A DNA stretch of 64,000 nt from the IMG/VR virus record IMGVR_UViG_3300030060_007988; one strand, written 5' to 3'. Positions 18,427-30,155 of the stretch are shown here, in pieces (position 1 is the stretch's first letter; every line of letters starts with the position of its first letter). Below the pieces are notes generated by a model. It was not told the origin of the DNA, made no database searches, and saw only the letters and a list, made by a program, of their open reading frames with translations. Origin of the DNA: a virus. A program made the translations under genes and the position numbers.

Positions 18427-20297
18427 TGGCGTATACTAATCAAAATATAAATGAAAAAAATGTTAAGTATTTAAATAAATCTTTTAGTGACTTCAAAGCA
18501 AACCTAATAGATTTTTCTAAAATATATTTTCCAAATTCATACAATGACTTTAATGAATCAAGTCCAGGTATGATGATGATTGAATTATCTGCATACGTTG
18601 GAGATGTTTTATCATATTACTTAGATTATCAATTTAAAGAAAACTTAATTCAGCATGCTTCAGAAAAAGGAAATGTATATAAGCTAGCAGAATCATTAGG
18701 ATATGATGCATCACTAGGTGCAGCGGCGGTTGTTGATTTAGATATATTTCACTTGGTTCCTTCAATTGGAGAAGGTGCATCAATAGGTCCTGATTTAAAA
18801 TATGCATTAAACATAAAACCTGGAATGCAAGCAAAATCAACTAACGGAGCTTTTTTTAATTGCAATGACAATATATCTTTTGGTCAAAGTGGTTCTGCAC
18901 AAGTATCTGTTCATAGTGTAGACAGTAGTGGAAATCCTAATTTTTACTTACTGAAAAAAACAGCAACATTTACATCAGGACGTGTTTTAACTAAAGACTT
19001 TGTTGTAGGATCACCATCACCTAATTTTAAAATATTACTTCCATCTGATAACATAATAGATGTAAGAAAAATAATTGATTCTGATGGAGGTATTTGGACC
19101 AAGGTACCTTACCTAGCAAATGAAACAATATTTTCAGAGAGACGGTTAACTCCAGCAGTTGATCCTTCAGTGTCATCTCAAAACGATAAGTCTCCATACC
19201 TACTAACCGTTAGGCGTACACCAAAAAGATTTACAACTAGAATAACATCAACAGGTAGGGTTGAAATACAATTTGGAAGTGGAATAAGCTCAAGACCTGA
19301 TGAAGAAATAATACCAAACCCTGAAAATGTTGGTTCCAATCTACCAGGCTCAACTAATAATCTTGATAAATCATTTGACCCTGCAAACTTTATGTTTTCA
19401 AAAGTCTATGGTGAAGCTCCTGGAAATACAACTCTTACAGTTGAATATGTTGTAGGTAAAGGATTAGAAGATAATGTTCCGTCCAATACAATTAATCAAA
19501 TATCAACAATAGAATATGACATTGATGATCAAGACTTAGACCAAGGATTACTTAATACAGTTAAAGGAACTATTGCAATAAATAATTTACTACCTGCAAC
19601 TGGAGGCAAAACTTCAGATTCAATTGATTCAATTAAAAATGAAGCATTGGCATCGTATGCAACTCAAAATAGGGCAGTGACTAAACAGGACTATATTGTT
19701 AGAACATATGCAATGCCAGGTAGATTTGGTAGTATTGCTAAGGCATATGTTGATGAAGATACACAAATAGTAGGTACTGAAAATCAGCCTAATCCGTTGG
19801 CTCTTAATTTACATATTTTGACATATGATTCAAATAGGCAATTAGTTCAAGTAAATAATGCAACAAAGAATAACTTAAGAACATATCTTTCTCAGTTTAG
19901 AATGTTAACGGATGCAATAAATATAAAGGATGCATTTGTAATTAATATAGGAGTTGAATTTGAAATAGTGGCATTACCTAATTATAGTGCCAAAGAAACT
20001 TTATTAAAATGTATTGAAAGACTAAAAGGATTTTTCCATATTGATAAATGGCAAATAGGACAACCTATAGTAAAAAGGGATATCATACAAACATTGGCAC
20101 TAACTGAAGGTGTACAATCAGTAGTAGGCCAATTGAGAATAACAAATAAGTATAGGCCTTCACAGGGATATTCTGGAAACATATATAATATTAAAGAAGC
20201 AACACTTGACGATGTAGTATATCCATCATTTGACCCGAGCATATTTGAGGTTAAATATCCAGACACGGACATCATTGGAAAGGTATCATCTTACTAG
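18426..20297 (+). CDS. baseplate wedge subunit (T4 gp6-like)
   Basis: FNESSPGMMMIELSAYVGDVLSYY, IQFGSG, ATQNRAVTKQDY. Confidence 0.88.
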   Translation: MAYTNQNINEKNVKYLNKSFSDFKANLIDFSKIYFPNSYNDFNESSPGMMMIELSAYVGDVLSYYLDYQFKENLIQHASEKGNVYKLAESLGYDASLGAAAVVDLDIFHLVPSIGEGASIGPDLKYALNIKPGMQAKSTNGAFFNCNDNISFGQSGSAQVSVHSVDSSGNPNFYLLKKTATFTSGRVLTKDFVVGSPSPNFKILLPSDNIIDVRKIIDSDGGIWTKVPYLANETIFSERRLTPAVDPSVSSQNDKSPYLLTVRRTPKRFTTRITSTGRVEIQFGSGISSRPDEEIIPNPENVGSNLPGSTNNLDKSFDPANFMFSKVYGEAPGNTTLTVEYVVGKGLEDNVPSNTINQISTIEYDIDDQDLDQGLLNTVKGTIAINNLLPATGGKTSDSIDSIKNEALASYATQNRAVTKQDYIVRTYAMPGRFGSIAKAYVDEDTQIVGTENQPNPLALNLHILTYDSNRQLVQVNNATKNNLRTYLSQFRMLTDAINIKDAFVINIGVEFEIVALPNYSAKETLLKCIERLKGFFHIDKWQIGQPIVKRDIIQTLALTEGVQSVVGQLRITNKYRPSQGYSGNIYNIKEATLDDVVYPSFDPSIFEVKYPDTDIIGKVSSY

Positions 20298-20306
20298 GAG
20301 AAAATA

Positions 20307-21446
20307 ATGATAACATCAATATTTGCAACAAAAGACGCAACGCTATATGAAGCAACCGAGAGTTTAAACACAGGTAACGATGCAGTTCTTGAGGTTTCAA
20401 AAGTAGGAGATGTTTCAGGGTCTCAGCTTGCAAAGAATTTTTTATTTAACACAAGAGCACTGGTTCAATTTGATTTGACTTCAATTTCATCTTCAATATC
20501 AAGTGGAGAAATATCCAGCGACTTTAGAGCATATCTAAATTTATATACTGTTGAGGCAAAAGAAGTACCTAGAGAATACGAACTTTATTCATATCCAATA
20601 TCACAATCTTGGACTGAAGGCTCAGGCAGATTTTTTGATCTCCCTGCCAATGAAGAAGGATGTAGTTGGAAATTTAGATTTGGAAAAAAGAACGGTACTG
20701 ATTGGGGAACAGGCTCAATATCATTAAATCCTTCAACAGGATCATTTACATCAACACCGGGAGGAGGTGCATGGTTTACAGGAAGTTCAGTGGCAGGTTT
20801 ATTTGAAGCTTCTCAAAGTTTTAGTAATGAATCAACTGATGTAAGAATGGACGTAACAAAAATGGTTAAGCAGTGGATAACTGGTTCTGCAAATGGAGGA
20901 TTAGAAAATAATGGATTTATTGTTAAAAGGTCAGATGAAGACGAACAAAGTTCTACACCTTTTGGAAGATTAATGTTTTATTCAGGGGATACCAATACTG
21001 TATATTTACCTAGGTTAGAAATTGCATGGGATGATAGTACATTTAGTAGTGGAAACTTAGAAGAATTAACATCAGATAGTAAAGTACTATATTTAAAAAA
21101 TAATAGAGGTGAATACCACACAGACGAAAAAATTAAAGTAAGAGTTAATGGACGTGATAGATATCCTGTAAAAACATTTGCAACTCAGTCATCTGCATTA
21201 ACTGTTAAATTTTTACCAACCAGTTCATATTATGCCGTAAAGGATGCTCATAGTGAAGAAACTATAATTCCTTTTGATACTGAATATACTAAATTAAGTT
21301 GTGATAGTTCTGGAAACTTTTTTAAATTATGGATGAAAGGATTACAACCTGAAAGATACTATAGATTTATATTTAGAGTTGATCAAGAAGGTGGTTCCGT
21401 TAGACAAATATTTGATGACAATTATATATTTAAGGTTGTGAGATAA
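20307..21446 (+). CDS. structural protein with DNRLRE-like domain
   Basis: KDATLYE...NTG...RALVQFD, NNGFIVK, PRLEIAWDD. Confidence 0.55.
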   Translation: MITSIFATKDATLYEATESLNTGNDAVLEVSKVGDVSGSQLAKNFLFNTRALVQFDLTSISSSISSGEISSDFRAYLNLYTVEAKEVPREYELYSYPISQSWTEGSGRFFDLPANEEGCSWKFRFGKKNGTDWGTGSISLNPSTGSFTSTPGGGAWFTGSSVAGLFEASQSFSNESTDVRMDVTKMVKQWITGSANGGLENNGFIVKRSDEDEQSSTPFGRLMFYSGDTNTVYLPRLEIAWDDSTFSSGNLEELTSDSKVLYLKNNRGEYHTDEKIKVRVNGRDRYPVKTFATQSSALTVKFLPTSSYYAVKDAHSEETIIPFDTEYTKLSCDSSGNFFKLWMKGLQPERYYRFIFRVDQEGGSVRQIFDDNYIFKVVR

Positions 21447-21448
21447 CT

Positions 21449-23524
21449 ATGGCATATGAATATGATAAAAAATATGATCAACAAATTATATTTGGATCTG
21501 AATATAATATAGATCAAGGAGGAAATATAATATCATTTGGGGAAGAAAGTCAAGGTATAGTGGTTCCTAGAGTTCCATTATTCTATAGAAACTTAACTTT
21601 TCACAATGTAATAGATGCAGAGATAAAGCATTTTGTACCAGAGATTACAACAATTCAACCTCCGCCAGGAGACCCTGAATTTGTACCACCACATCCTCCA
21701 GTTGCTATACCATTATCACAACCAGGATTTGGAGTATACTCGGAAGGTATACAGGCATTTAACTATTTTCATTGGAATATTCATGACTGGGCAATGAGAT
21801 CATATGTAAATCCAGACAGGGCTCCCAATTCTGCAGGATGGCTTATTGCTATTCAAGGTGACTTTACATTTTTTAAAGCTCAATTTTATAGTCACATAGA
21901 CGAAGCAACAGGTGATAAAATATACTATGGTGAAAATGGTATAAAAAAATATGAGTGGTTTATTGATGGTAAGTTGGCAAAAACTGGTGCACCAGATGAT
22001 CCAGTATTTGATTTTGATTATGATAAATTACCTGATGATCCTACTTATGGTGATAGATTATGGGATGTAAATAGTAAAGGTATAATCAGAAAAGATACTG
22101 TACCTTGGTCTGAAAATACATATGAAGTATCAGTGAGAGTACATAATGATGCTGGGTTTACAGAATCAAAAATCAAAATGTGTGTTTGGGGAGGATATGG
22201 TAATGATGGTGAAAGTATAGATATCAACATGGATGTTTATACGGAAGCAGATTTTGAAACAGGAAATGTATTTCAATCGTATGGTCCTATGCATGAAAGA
22301 AAAGGATTTTTATATTATCCAAGAACTACTCCTTGGCCACCAACAATTGAAAGATACTATGTAGGACCACAAAATGAAGCAATATTTGTTACAGAAGAAC
22401 AAGGTCCACCTAACCATCATGGGGATACATTAGGAGAAGCTGTAGCTGATACTCAACAAAATGTATGGTATTGGTCAAGAAGAAATAACCTAGTGGTAAT
22501 GGACCAAAAAGAAGGTACTGGTAATTCTGCACAACTGGCACAATTTAGAATACATACCAAACATAGGACACAACCATTTCTAGGATTTGATAGGGCTGAA
22601 GAATTGAGCATGGACCAGTACGCCAAGAGGGTAATAGAGTGGTTACCTCAAAACCAAGCGGCACGTGAATTTATGCGAGAACATATGGCTGAACCATACC
22701 AAGCATTTGCCAATACTGCATTTACAGAACAACCACAGTCCCACCAATTAGGATTTTTTGTATTAAGAGATATCTATGGAAATAGAATACCTACTAATCA
22801 GGACATTTGGGGAACAATGAATTGGGGAGGACAATTTGGAACAAATTATAGAACACTTAACTATGGCACTGATTACTATGCAGCATGTAATGATAACTAT
22901 ATTTGGTTACCATTAGTAAAATCAAAAAATAAAAACGGAACTCATGAGCATAGACATTGGCGAGGGGACTTTCAGAGTTATTGCTGGTTTGATACCGGCC
23001 AAGGATATAAAAATAGTTCAGTAATGTACAACCATTATGAGTTTGGTAAAACACATGCTGACTATGAATCTAGATGGGGAACATTACTTAGTGCACCATC
23101 ACCTCAAGGAGGATTTAAAACAGTCACTGAAGATTGGTTCTTTAATGGATATGGTCAAAGAAACAGTCCTTTCGACAATGATAGGTTTAGTAGCATAGAT
23201 TTTGTTCCAAATACAATTAAGCAATCACCATACTTAGCATTAGACTATAGTGCAAACTTTACAGGTCAAGACATACCACCTGAACCAGGGTTTAGACAAT
23301 TTTTAAATGATGATGGTGAATTAAGATTATGTCCAGTATTTAATGTATCAATATGGGTTGACAATCCAACATCACCAGCAGTACAACTATATGTAGATGG
23401 TGGAATTGAGTCACTACCTGCAACTGGCCCAGTATATGATATAGAATATTTCTGGAGTAAAGGTGCACCTATTAATGAAGCATTAGGTCAATTTGCAAAT
23501 GTTAGGACAACAATATATCCTTAG
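21449..23524 (+). CDS. putative virion protein, variable
   Basis: long ORF in baseplate cluster; Pro-rich linker, PKD/Ig-like segment. Confidence 0.55.
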   Translation: MAYEYDKKYDQQIIFGSEYNIDQGGNIISFGEESQGIVVPRVPLFYRNLTFHNVIDAEIKHFVPEITTIQPPPGDPEFVPPHPPVAIPLSQPGFGVYSEGIQAFNYFHWNIHDWAMRSYVNPDRAPNSAGWLIAIQGDFTFFKAQFYSHIDEATGDKIYYGENGIKKYEWFIDGKLAKTGAPDDPVFDFDYDKLPDDPTYGDRLWDVNSKGIIRKDTVPWSENTYEVSVRVHNDAGFTESKIKMCVWGGYGNDGESIDINMDVYTEADFETGNVFQSYGPMHERKGFLYYPRTTPWPPTIERYYVGPQNEAIFVTEEQGPPNHHGDTLGEAVADTQQNVWYWSRRNNLVVMDQKEGTGNSAQLAQFRIHTKHRTQPFLGFDRAEELSMDQYAKRVIEWLPQNQAAREFMREHMAEPYQAFANTAFTEQPQSHQLGFFVLRDIYGNRIPTNQDIWGTMNWGGQFGTNYRTLNYGTDYYAACNDNYIWLPLVKSKNKNGTHEHRHWRGDFQSYCWFDTGQGYKNSSVMYNHYEFGKTHADYESRWGTLLSAPSPQGGFKTVTEDWFFNGYGQRNSPFDNDRFSSIDFVPNTIKQSPYLALDYSANFTGQDIPPEPGFRQFLNDDGELRLCPVFNVSIWVDNPTSPAVQLYVDGGIESLPATGPVYDIEYFWSKGAPINEALGQFANVRTTIYP

Positions 23525-23536
23525 TGAGAAATAAAA

Positions 23537-26500
23537 ATGTCAGATATGATTAAGTCAAATATAATATATAGTTTACCTGAAAAGGAGAGAGCCCTATTAC
23601 AGGCTCAAGAGGCTAATCTATCTCAATATCCTCAAAACATTTTATTTACAAATGATCCTATATGTAATTTGGAAATATATTCAGAAGATGAATATTTAGA
23701 GACAATTGTAAATGTTGATTATTATGAAGTTGGAGGTTCATGGTATGAAGAGAATGTAGGTATAGAAAAAGGATTTAGGGTAAATGTACCACTTATACTT
23801 CAACAGAATGGATATACTGAAGGATATTTTAGGGTAAGAGTTTCATTTACAATAGATCTATTAGGTGAAGCATTTAACAATCAGGTATATATTAAAGACA
23901 TATCACAGGACAGGACTGAAGTTGAATTAGGGGCAATAGATCCTGAAAACTCAGCAGTTATTGACGCCGATGGAAATCCAAATAGTCAATTTCAAAAATT
24001 TGTTGATTTAGGCGGAATATCATCAACAGGAAACAAATTAATATTTAACTTAAAAACTGCCACGGGTAAATCTTATCCAATAATTAATCAATACTACTTT
24101 GATACTACTGGGTTATCAAGAACATCACATACTTCCCCTCCAAATATTCCTAATTCAGTTTTCTCAGTTGCCATTAAACTTTTAGAACCAATACCTGCAC
24201 AATTAAAAAAATTAGAAAAGGTTTGGGTCGATATCGATGTTGTACCTCCAAGGGATATATTTGTTAAACTACAAAAAAGATATCAAGATACCGAAGAATA
24301 CACATCACTAGCCAAACCAAATTTTCATGCCCAATATCAAGGTCAATTTAGGGAAGGAAATACTACAAACTATTTAAGCTCAAATGACCTACTAGGTACT
24401 CAACAAAATGTAAAGGATAGAATAATATCTGAAGTACTAAGTGGTAGCTTAGGTGGGATAAAAGTAAATGTAGATCATAGACAGTTTAAAAACTTTGTAT
24501 ATTTTAGTTCAGCCGAAGAAAGAATTAGAAACTTCCATTTTAAAATGCAACAGTTGGAATCCTTTCAACAAAAAATCAATGAACTAGGAAGTAAGTACTC
24601 TCAATCGTCCGCATTTGTTGGAAAGTCAGCAGTTACGGCATCAGCTGAATTTATTGTAAATAGGCAAAAATTTGAAAAAAGAAGTCAAGCACTAATAGGT
24701 ACATTTGATCATTTTGAAAAATATATGTATTATGAATCTAGTTCGTTTGAATCCAGTTCATATGGATTGTATCCAAGTATTGGCTGGCCTAAAAGTACAA
24801 CTGAAAAACCATATAAGTTATATTCATATACCTCTTCTCAGGTAAATAATTGGTATGGTGCAATAGATCAAAGACAAGGTATACTATATTCTGCATCAGT
24901 ATATGATAGGGAAAATCCATATAACTTAAGAAAACTTATACCTCTACATGTTGTAGATGATCCATTAAATATTCACTACACTAGATTCATAGACATGATG
25001 GGTCACCACTTTGATGTTGTATATAACTTAACCAATGAACTTGGTAAAATAAATGATCGACAGGAAGGTCTCAACAATGGTATGTCAAAGGATATTGTAT
25101 ATGATGTATTAAAATCATTTGGCTGGAATCCAATAAATGGATATCATTTAGAAGAACTCTGGAAATATTTGATTGGAACTGATTCTTCAGGTAGTTATCA
25201 AACAACTGAAGATGGCTCATCAATGGTATATGTACAGACTGGATCACTATCAGCTGAAGACATAACAAAAACTACTTGGAAAAGAATTCTAACAAATTTA
25301 CCCCATATATACAAAACAAAAGGCACACGTAGAAGTATAGACGCATTACTTTCATGTTATGGAGTACCAACCTCAATTGTCAATGTAAAAGAATTTGGAG
25401 GACCTCATCCAATAAAAGGAACTGAAACAAAATTTGAACATACCAAATTTACATATGCACTAAAATTCCATGAAGGTGCAGAAATAAGAATTCCGTATGT
25501 AGGTATGACAGCAGACAGTGAATATGTAACTGAACTTGGACTAACAGGAAACGTTACGGCCTCACTGCCAAACACACATGAATTTAGGGTCAACTTTTCA
25601 GGTTCAGAAAAAAGAAATCAAATAATATTTGGTAGGGATCTTGTATCTTTTGGTAGTGAAGGTCCTCACGATGCTGATGGTGGTAACACCCCTGGCCTTC
25701 AAAGACTGGGCTGGTGTTTATTTGCAGAACATAGCAATAGTGCACACATGAGCTTTAAAGCTGGTGAATCACCCTATGGAAGATTTAGACTATACATAAC
25801 TGGATCCCCAGGTGGTGATATTGGTGAAACATCCGGAACCGGTTCAGTTGCTGCAAAATCTGCTGGCTCACAGAGTTTCATAGAATGTCATACTGGCTAT
25901 CTTCCAATATTTGATGGAGACTGGTGGAATGTAATGGTTAGTGTTGATGGTAAAAGGGAAGATGGCAAGTTTCCAGGGGTTGGTCCAATAGGTGCTTCAA
26001 CTGCACAATCAGGTTCTTTTCCTGAAGCACAATGGATTCTAAGAACGGCAAAGGCCGGCAACTGGAGTGATGGTAATATAACACATAGTGGAAGTGGAGT
26101 AATCAATCTCAACGAGGCTGCAACTGGTCCTCATTCAGCAAGTTTTGTACGTTCTTGGGCAAGGACAGATTTATCTGGAGCTGACTTTGGATTTGGGGCA
26201 CATATATGGGGCTCTACAACTCCTAGGAAAGGACTAACTCAACATCTAACTGCATCAGACTTTCATGATTTTACTGGAAAGATCCAGGAATACAGGGCAT
26301 GGGCAGAAGTACTCAAAGAATCAACTTTTCACTCACATACACTTTCACCAACATCAATCAATGGAAATACTTATACATCAAGTTTTGATACACTTTTAAT
26401 ACGATATCCTTTTGGAACAGACCTGCAAATATTCAATCATGCAACACATAGTCCAGCTACAAATGCATTACACAATGTAGTGATATCATCAAGTCATCCA

Positions 26501-28231
26501 GGTGTTAGATTTGCCGATGATAGAAATCCTAATGCTAGTGGAGCAGGGGCTGGTGAACCTAATCGTTCCAATGATACAAATGCAACAGCATCAAATTGGG
26601 AATCAGCATTTCTTAATTCAAATAACACACACTATCATCCACAAACCGAAGTATACTTTACAACAGTACCAGGAACAATAGGAGATAGAAACATATCACA
26701 AAAAATTAGAGTGGAGAGAACTGTTACAGGTTCAGAGCTTCAACCAATATTTAAAAGAAACAGTGTAATGTCTAGTTCGGCAGACCTCAATCCTTTAGAT
26801 TCTAATAGATTGGCTGTAACCATATCACCAACAAATAATTTGGATATCGATATAGCATATCAGTTTGGTGGACTTGAATTTGATGACCTAGTAGGTGATC
26901 CACGTGATCTAACAAGAAATGTATACTCAGACCTTGAAGCTATACATGAAGCATACACAAAAAAATATGCAGGAGGATATGATTTTAGTTCGTTTATTAG
27001 AACTGTTAAATTTTTCAATCCTGCAATGTTTAAACAAATAGAAGACCTTTTACCAGCAAGGGCAAACAAATTTGTAGGACTAGAAATTAGACCAACAATT
27101 CTGGAAAGAGTAAAGGTTCCAACACCAGAAGGAAATGCAGTTGATCTTCAGCTTACTTCAAGTTATGGGCAAATTCCAACATCTAGTATGTATACTCATT
27201 TTGTAGATGAAACAGACTTAAATGATGGATTCTCTACAAATTTAAATACATTCAAAACAAATGTATATACAAAAACGCATGATGGTACGGCAGCCGTGCT
27301 TCCACTAACACAAGAAAATTCATCAATTGATATAAAAATATCTGCAACTGCAAGTTCTGTATATGGATATTCTTCATCAGTGTTTGGTGATAATGGTGAT
27401 ACAGGTTTATTCATAGTTAATCAAACAGACTTTCAAACAATGATTACTGCTTCACGTGAAGATAGGCGTCCAAAATATGAAAGAGAATTTTTCTATAAGG
27501 CAGGATTTTCAGGATCATTTAATCCTGATGGTGTATTTGAATTTATGACCAGATATCAAATGGAGGCAACTGACCAGACATTACGTGAAAAGAAACAAAT
27601 AGGTTTATTTAGACCTTTAAAATATTTCAATTCTCATTCACTAAAATACTCTGATGTATATTATGAAGATGCTGAAAGAAGAAATCGCCAAAGATTTTCA
27701 GGTACAGGACAATTTAGTGGACTATCTAGTCATTTAACATCATCTGCCTCAAGTTCAATATGGTTTAGTAGGGATGCCAATGGTCAACCAAACTCAGGAT
27801 TAACCTTTACATCTAGTTTAGATACACCAGATGGATTACCAGTAATTGAAGTATTTGCGGCTAATCCTAACCAAATAGTTGTTACAGGTCCTGGCGGATT
27901 AGAAACTACGACACCTATACTTGTTAACATACCTAAAGCTCCACCAATTAAAGTAATACCGGCAGTTCAACCTGAAGTAATACCTGCATCAAAGGTATCA
28001 AAAATTATACCAAAGGTTACTGTTTCTCCAAAAGTTGCACAAACGTCAATTAAAAATTACAAAGCAAAGTCTAAATTTAAAATAGGCTTAGCACCTAAAA
28101 AGATAACATTGGCACCAAAGGTTGGTACGGTAAAAAAGATTGGAGTAAAGGTATCTAAATTTACACCAAAAGTTTCAAAGGTTAAAAGTTTTACTTCAAA
28201 AGGTAAAAGTGGAAAAGGTGGTAAATATTGA
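23537..28231 (+). CDS. large baseplate/tail protein (gp7-like wedge) with LamG-like region and Lys-rich tail
   Basis: IYKTKGTRRSIDALL; DGDWWNV...FTGKIQEYRAW. Confidence 0.6.
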   Translation: MSDMIKSNIIYSLPEKERALLQAQEANLSQYPQNILFTNDPICNLEIYSEDEYLETIVNVDYYEVGGSWYEENVGIEKGFRVNVPLILQQNGYTEGYFRVRVSFTIDLLGEAFNNQVYIKDISQDRTEVELGAIDPENSAVIDADGNPNSQFQKFVDLGGISSTGNKLIFNLKTATGKSYPIINQYYFDTTGLSRTSHTSPPNIPNSVFSVAIKLLEPIPAQLKKLEKVWVDIDVVPPRDIFVKLQKRYQDTEEYTSLAKPNFHAQYQGQFREGNTTNYLSSNDLLGTQQNVKDRIISEVLSGSLGGIKVNVDHRQFKNFVYFSSAEERIRNFHFKMQQLESFQQKINELGSKYSQSSAFVGKSAVTASAEFIVNRQKFEKRSQALIGTFDHFEKYMYYESSSFESSSYGLYPSIGWPKSTTEKPYKLYSYTSSQVNNWYGAIDQRQGILYSASVYDRENPYNLRKLIPLHVVDDPLNIHYTRFIDMMGHHFDVVYNLTNELGKINDRQEGLNNGMSKDIVYDVLKSFGWNPINGYHLEELWKYLIGTDSSGSYQTTEDGSSMVYVQTGSLSAEDITKTTWKRILTNLPHIYKTKGTRRSIDALLSCYGVPTSIVNVKEFGGPHPIKGTETKFEHTKFTYALKFHEGAEIRIPYVGMTADSEYVTELGLTGNVTASLPNTHEFRVNFSGSEKRNQIIFGRDLVSFGSEGPHDADGGNTPGLQRLGWCLFAEHSNSAHMSFKAGESPYGRFRLYITGSPGGDIGETSGTGSVAAKSAGSQSFIECHTGYLPIFDGDWWNVMVSVDGKREDGKFPGVGPIGASTAQSGSFPEAQWILRTAKAGNWSDGNITHSGSGVINLNEAATGPHSASFVRSWARTDLSGADFGFGAHIWGSTTPRKGLTQHLTASDFHDFTGKIQEYRAWAEVLKESTFHSHTLSPTSINGNTYTSSFDTLLIRYPFGTDLQIFNHATHSPATNALHNVVISSSHPGVRFADDRNPNASGAGAGEPNRSNDTNATASNWESAFLNSNNTHYHPQTEVYFTTVPGTIGDRNISQKIRVERTVTGSELQPIFKRNSVMSSSADLNPLDSNRLAVTISPTNNLDIDIAYQFGGLEFDDLVGDPRDLTRNVYSDLEAIHEAYTKKYAGGYDFSSFIRTVKFFNPAMFKQIEDLLPARANKFVGLEIRPTILERVKVPTPEGNAVDLQLTSSYGQIPTSSMYTHFVDETDLNDGFSTNLNTFKTNVYTKTHDGTAAVLPLTQENSSIDIKISATASSVYGYSSSVFGDNGDTGLFIVNQTDFQTMITASREDRRPKYEREFFYKAGFSGSFNPDGVFEFMTRYQMEATDQTLREKKQIGLFRPLKYFNSHSLKYSDVYYEDAERRNRQRFSGTGQFSGLSSHLTSSASSSIWFSRDANGQPNSGLTFTSSLDTPDGLPVIEVFAANPNQIVVTGPGGLETTTPILVNIPKAPPIKVIPAVQPEVIPASKVSKIIPKVTVSPKVAQTSIKNYKAKSKFKIGLAPKKITLAPKVGTVKKIGVKVSKFTPKVSKVKSFTSKGKSGKGGKY

Positions 28232-28315
28232 TAACTATTTAAAAATAGGAAGAAATTACAAATAATGTTATATTTATATTAGATAAACGTTTACAATATA
28301 TAAAGGAGTATTAAA

Positions 28316-28909
28316 ATGGGATATTTAGATAGCACAAAAGTAACTGTTGATGCTGTATTAACAAAAAGAGGTAGAGAATTAATGGCAGACCCAAATGCCA
28401 ACTTTAGCATAGTTAAATTTGCGTTAGGTGATGATGAAATTGATTATAGAATGTATGATTTTGAACATGCCAATGGAAGTAACTTTTATGGTGAAGCTAT
28501 TGAAAATTTACCACTTTTGGAAGCATTCACAGATGAACGTGCAACAATGGTACATAAACTAACAACACTTGATAGAAACACAACACAGATACCTGGTATA
28601 ATAAATGTCAATCAGAACATAACAAAGGCAAGTGACGACCCAGCGTTTGTACTTGCACCAGGAACTAGAAACGGAGAAGATACATCTTATAGTTTAACTG
28701 TAACTGATACACGTGCAATCACTACAACACCTAATGGTGCAACGGCAGCAGCTGGTCCTATAGTTGGATTCCAGCAAACATCCATAGGTGAATCATTTAC
28801 TTTAACGCCACAGCTCAATACTATATCTGATAGATCTTTAGCACTTATAATTACGGGTAATGATACAGGTGCTTCATACATTGCAAATCTGTTTGTAACG
28901 GCAGTGTAG
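28316..28909 (+). CDS. tail/baseplate structural protein
   Basis: VDAVLTKRGRELMA...IVKFALGDDEIDY; late motif plus AAGGAG. Confidence 0.6.
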   Translation: MGYLDSTKVTVDAVLTKRGRELMADPNANFSIVKFALGDDEIDYRMYDFEHANGSNFYGEAIENLPLLEAFTDERATMVHKLTTLDRNTTQIPGIINVNQNITKASDDPAFVLAPGTRNGEDTSYSLTVTDTRAITTTPNGATAAAGPIVGFQQTSIGESFTLTPQLNTISDRSLALIITGNDTGASYIANLFVTAV

Positions 28910-28927
28910 TATTAGGAGAAATTTAAA

Positions 28928-30142
28928 ATGACAGTATACAAAGATTTTCTACCAGGAGATATTATTACAGATCAAGCTTTTAGTGTTGAAACTGAAGGTT
29001 TATTTTCTGATGCAAGACAAGGTACAGTAAATGTATTCTTGTCATCATCCACTCAATACGGAAGTGGATCAACGGCAACTGGTAAATATTATATGAACAT
29101 ATATACGTCCTCACAGGCACTTACAGACAATCAACATGAATTTGCTATTGCTTGGGGACATTTCAAAGGATCAGGATCATTTAATTCTGCAACCGGTACA
29201 GGTTTAGAATCAGGAGCAGTTAATAAAGAAGCCACACCTTCAAATGCAGTATGGCATCAGTTTATTAATACACTTAGAAATGCAGGTGGTGTAGGAACAT
29301 ATAGTGATGCTGCCGGAAGATCCAGAGATGAAAGGCATGGACTAATGATGCCATTCTTACTTAGAAATAATGTTGGTGATTTGCTAGTACCTGGTGTGAA
29401 CGGTGAAGGAAGATATAACCAAGGAAGTGGAATGTGGATAACCTTTAATAGAAAAAGATATAAAGAAGGAATAGATCCAACTAGTTTTGAAATGCACTTT
29501 TCTTCAAGTAAGCATACCCACGCAACCGGTGAAAATGTATACTTAAAGCTAGTTGCTGATACAACACAAGAACTATATTTTGATCATTCTAGTAGAGGAC
29601 TTAGAATTTATCCTCTTAGGAGTGGTTCTAGGGTAAGTGCATCTTCACCCGAGTATTTATTCCAAGGAGGAAGTAATACTGTAAGTGTTGCTGAAGGTCC
29701 ACAATCATCTAGTGCATATGGGTATTTATTTCCTGATGTTGGAATAGCATGGGTTCATACCAATGCAATGACTGTTTCAATGTCATCTGAATTTAAAGCC
29801 TCTACAGTTGCAAAAGCAAAAAATATAAATCAGCATCAGTTTTTAAAACACATTAAATTTTTAAAAGCAAGAAGTCAAAGTACAAGAAAAAGTCAGTACT
29901 ATTTCTGTAGGGCTTTTAATGGTGAATTTAATTATTCAACAAATAGATCTTTTTATACTGTTGATACTGATGGCACAACTACACCGAGACATTTGGAAAT
30001 GATTGAAAATCCAGTTGTATATGTAACAACCATTGGTCTATATAACGACTTTAATGAATTAGTTGCTGTCGCAAAACTTAGTAAGCCATTTAGGAAAACT
30101 TATGATAGAGAGTTACTGTTTAGGGTAAAACTGGACTTTTAA
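28928..30142 (+). CDS. structural protein, paralog 1 (C-terminal TTIGLYN...ELVAVAKLSKP domain)
   Basis: C-terminal domain shared with the next two genes. Confidence 0.7.
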   Translation: MTVYKDFLPGDIITDQAFSVETEGLFSDARQGTVNVFLSSSTQYGSGSTATGKYYMNIYTSSQALTDNQHEFAIAWGHFKGSGSFNSATGTGLESGAVNKEATPSNAVWHQFINTLRNAGGVGTYSDAAGRSRDERHGLMMPFLLRNNVGDLLVPGVNGEGRYNQGSGMWITFNRKRYKEGIDPTSFEMHFSSSKHTHATGENVYLKLVADTTQELYFDHSSRGLRIYPLRSGSRVSASSPEYLFQGGSNTVSVAEGPQSSSAYGYLFPDVGIAWVHTNAMTVSMSSEFKASTVAKAKNINQHQFLKHIKFLKARSQSTRKSQYYFCRAFNGEFNYSTNRSFYTVDTDGTTTPRHLEMIENPVVYVTTIGLYNDFNELVAVAKLSKPFRKTYDRELLFRVKLDF

Positions 30143-30155
30143 ATAGGAGACAAAC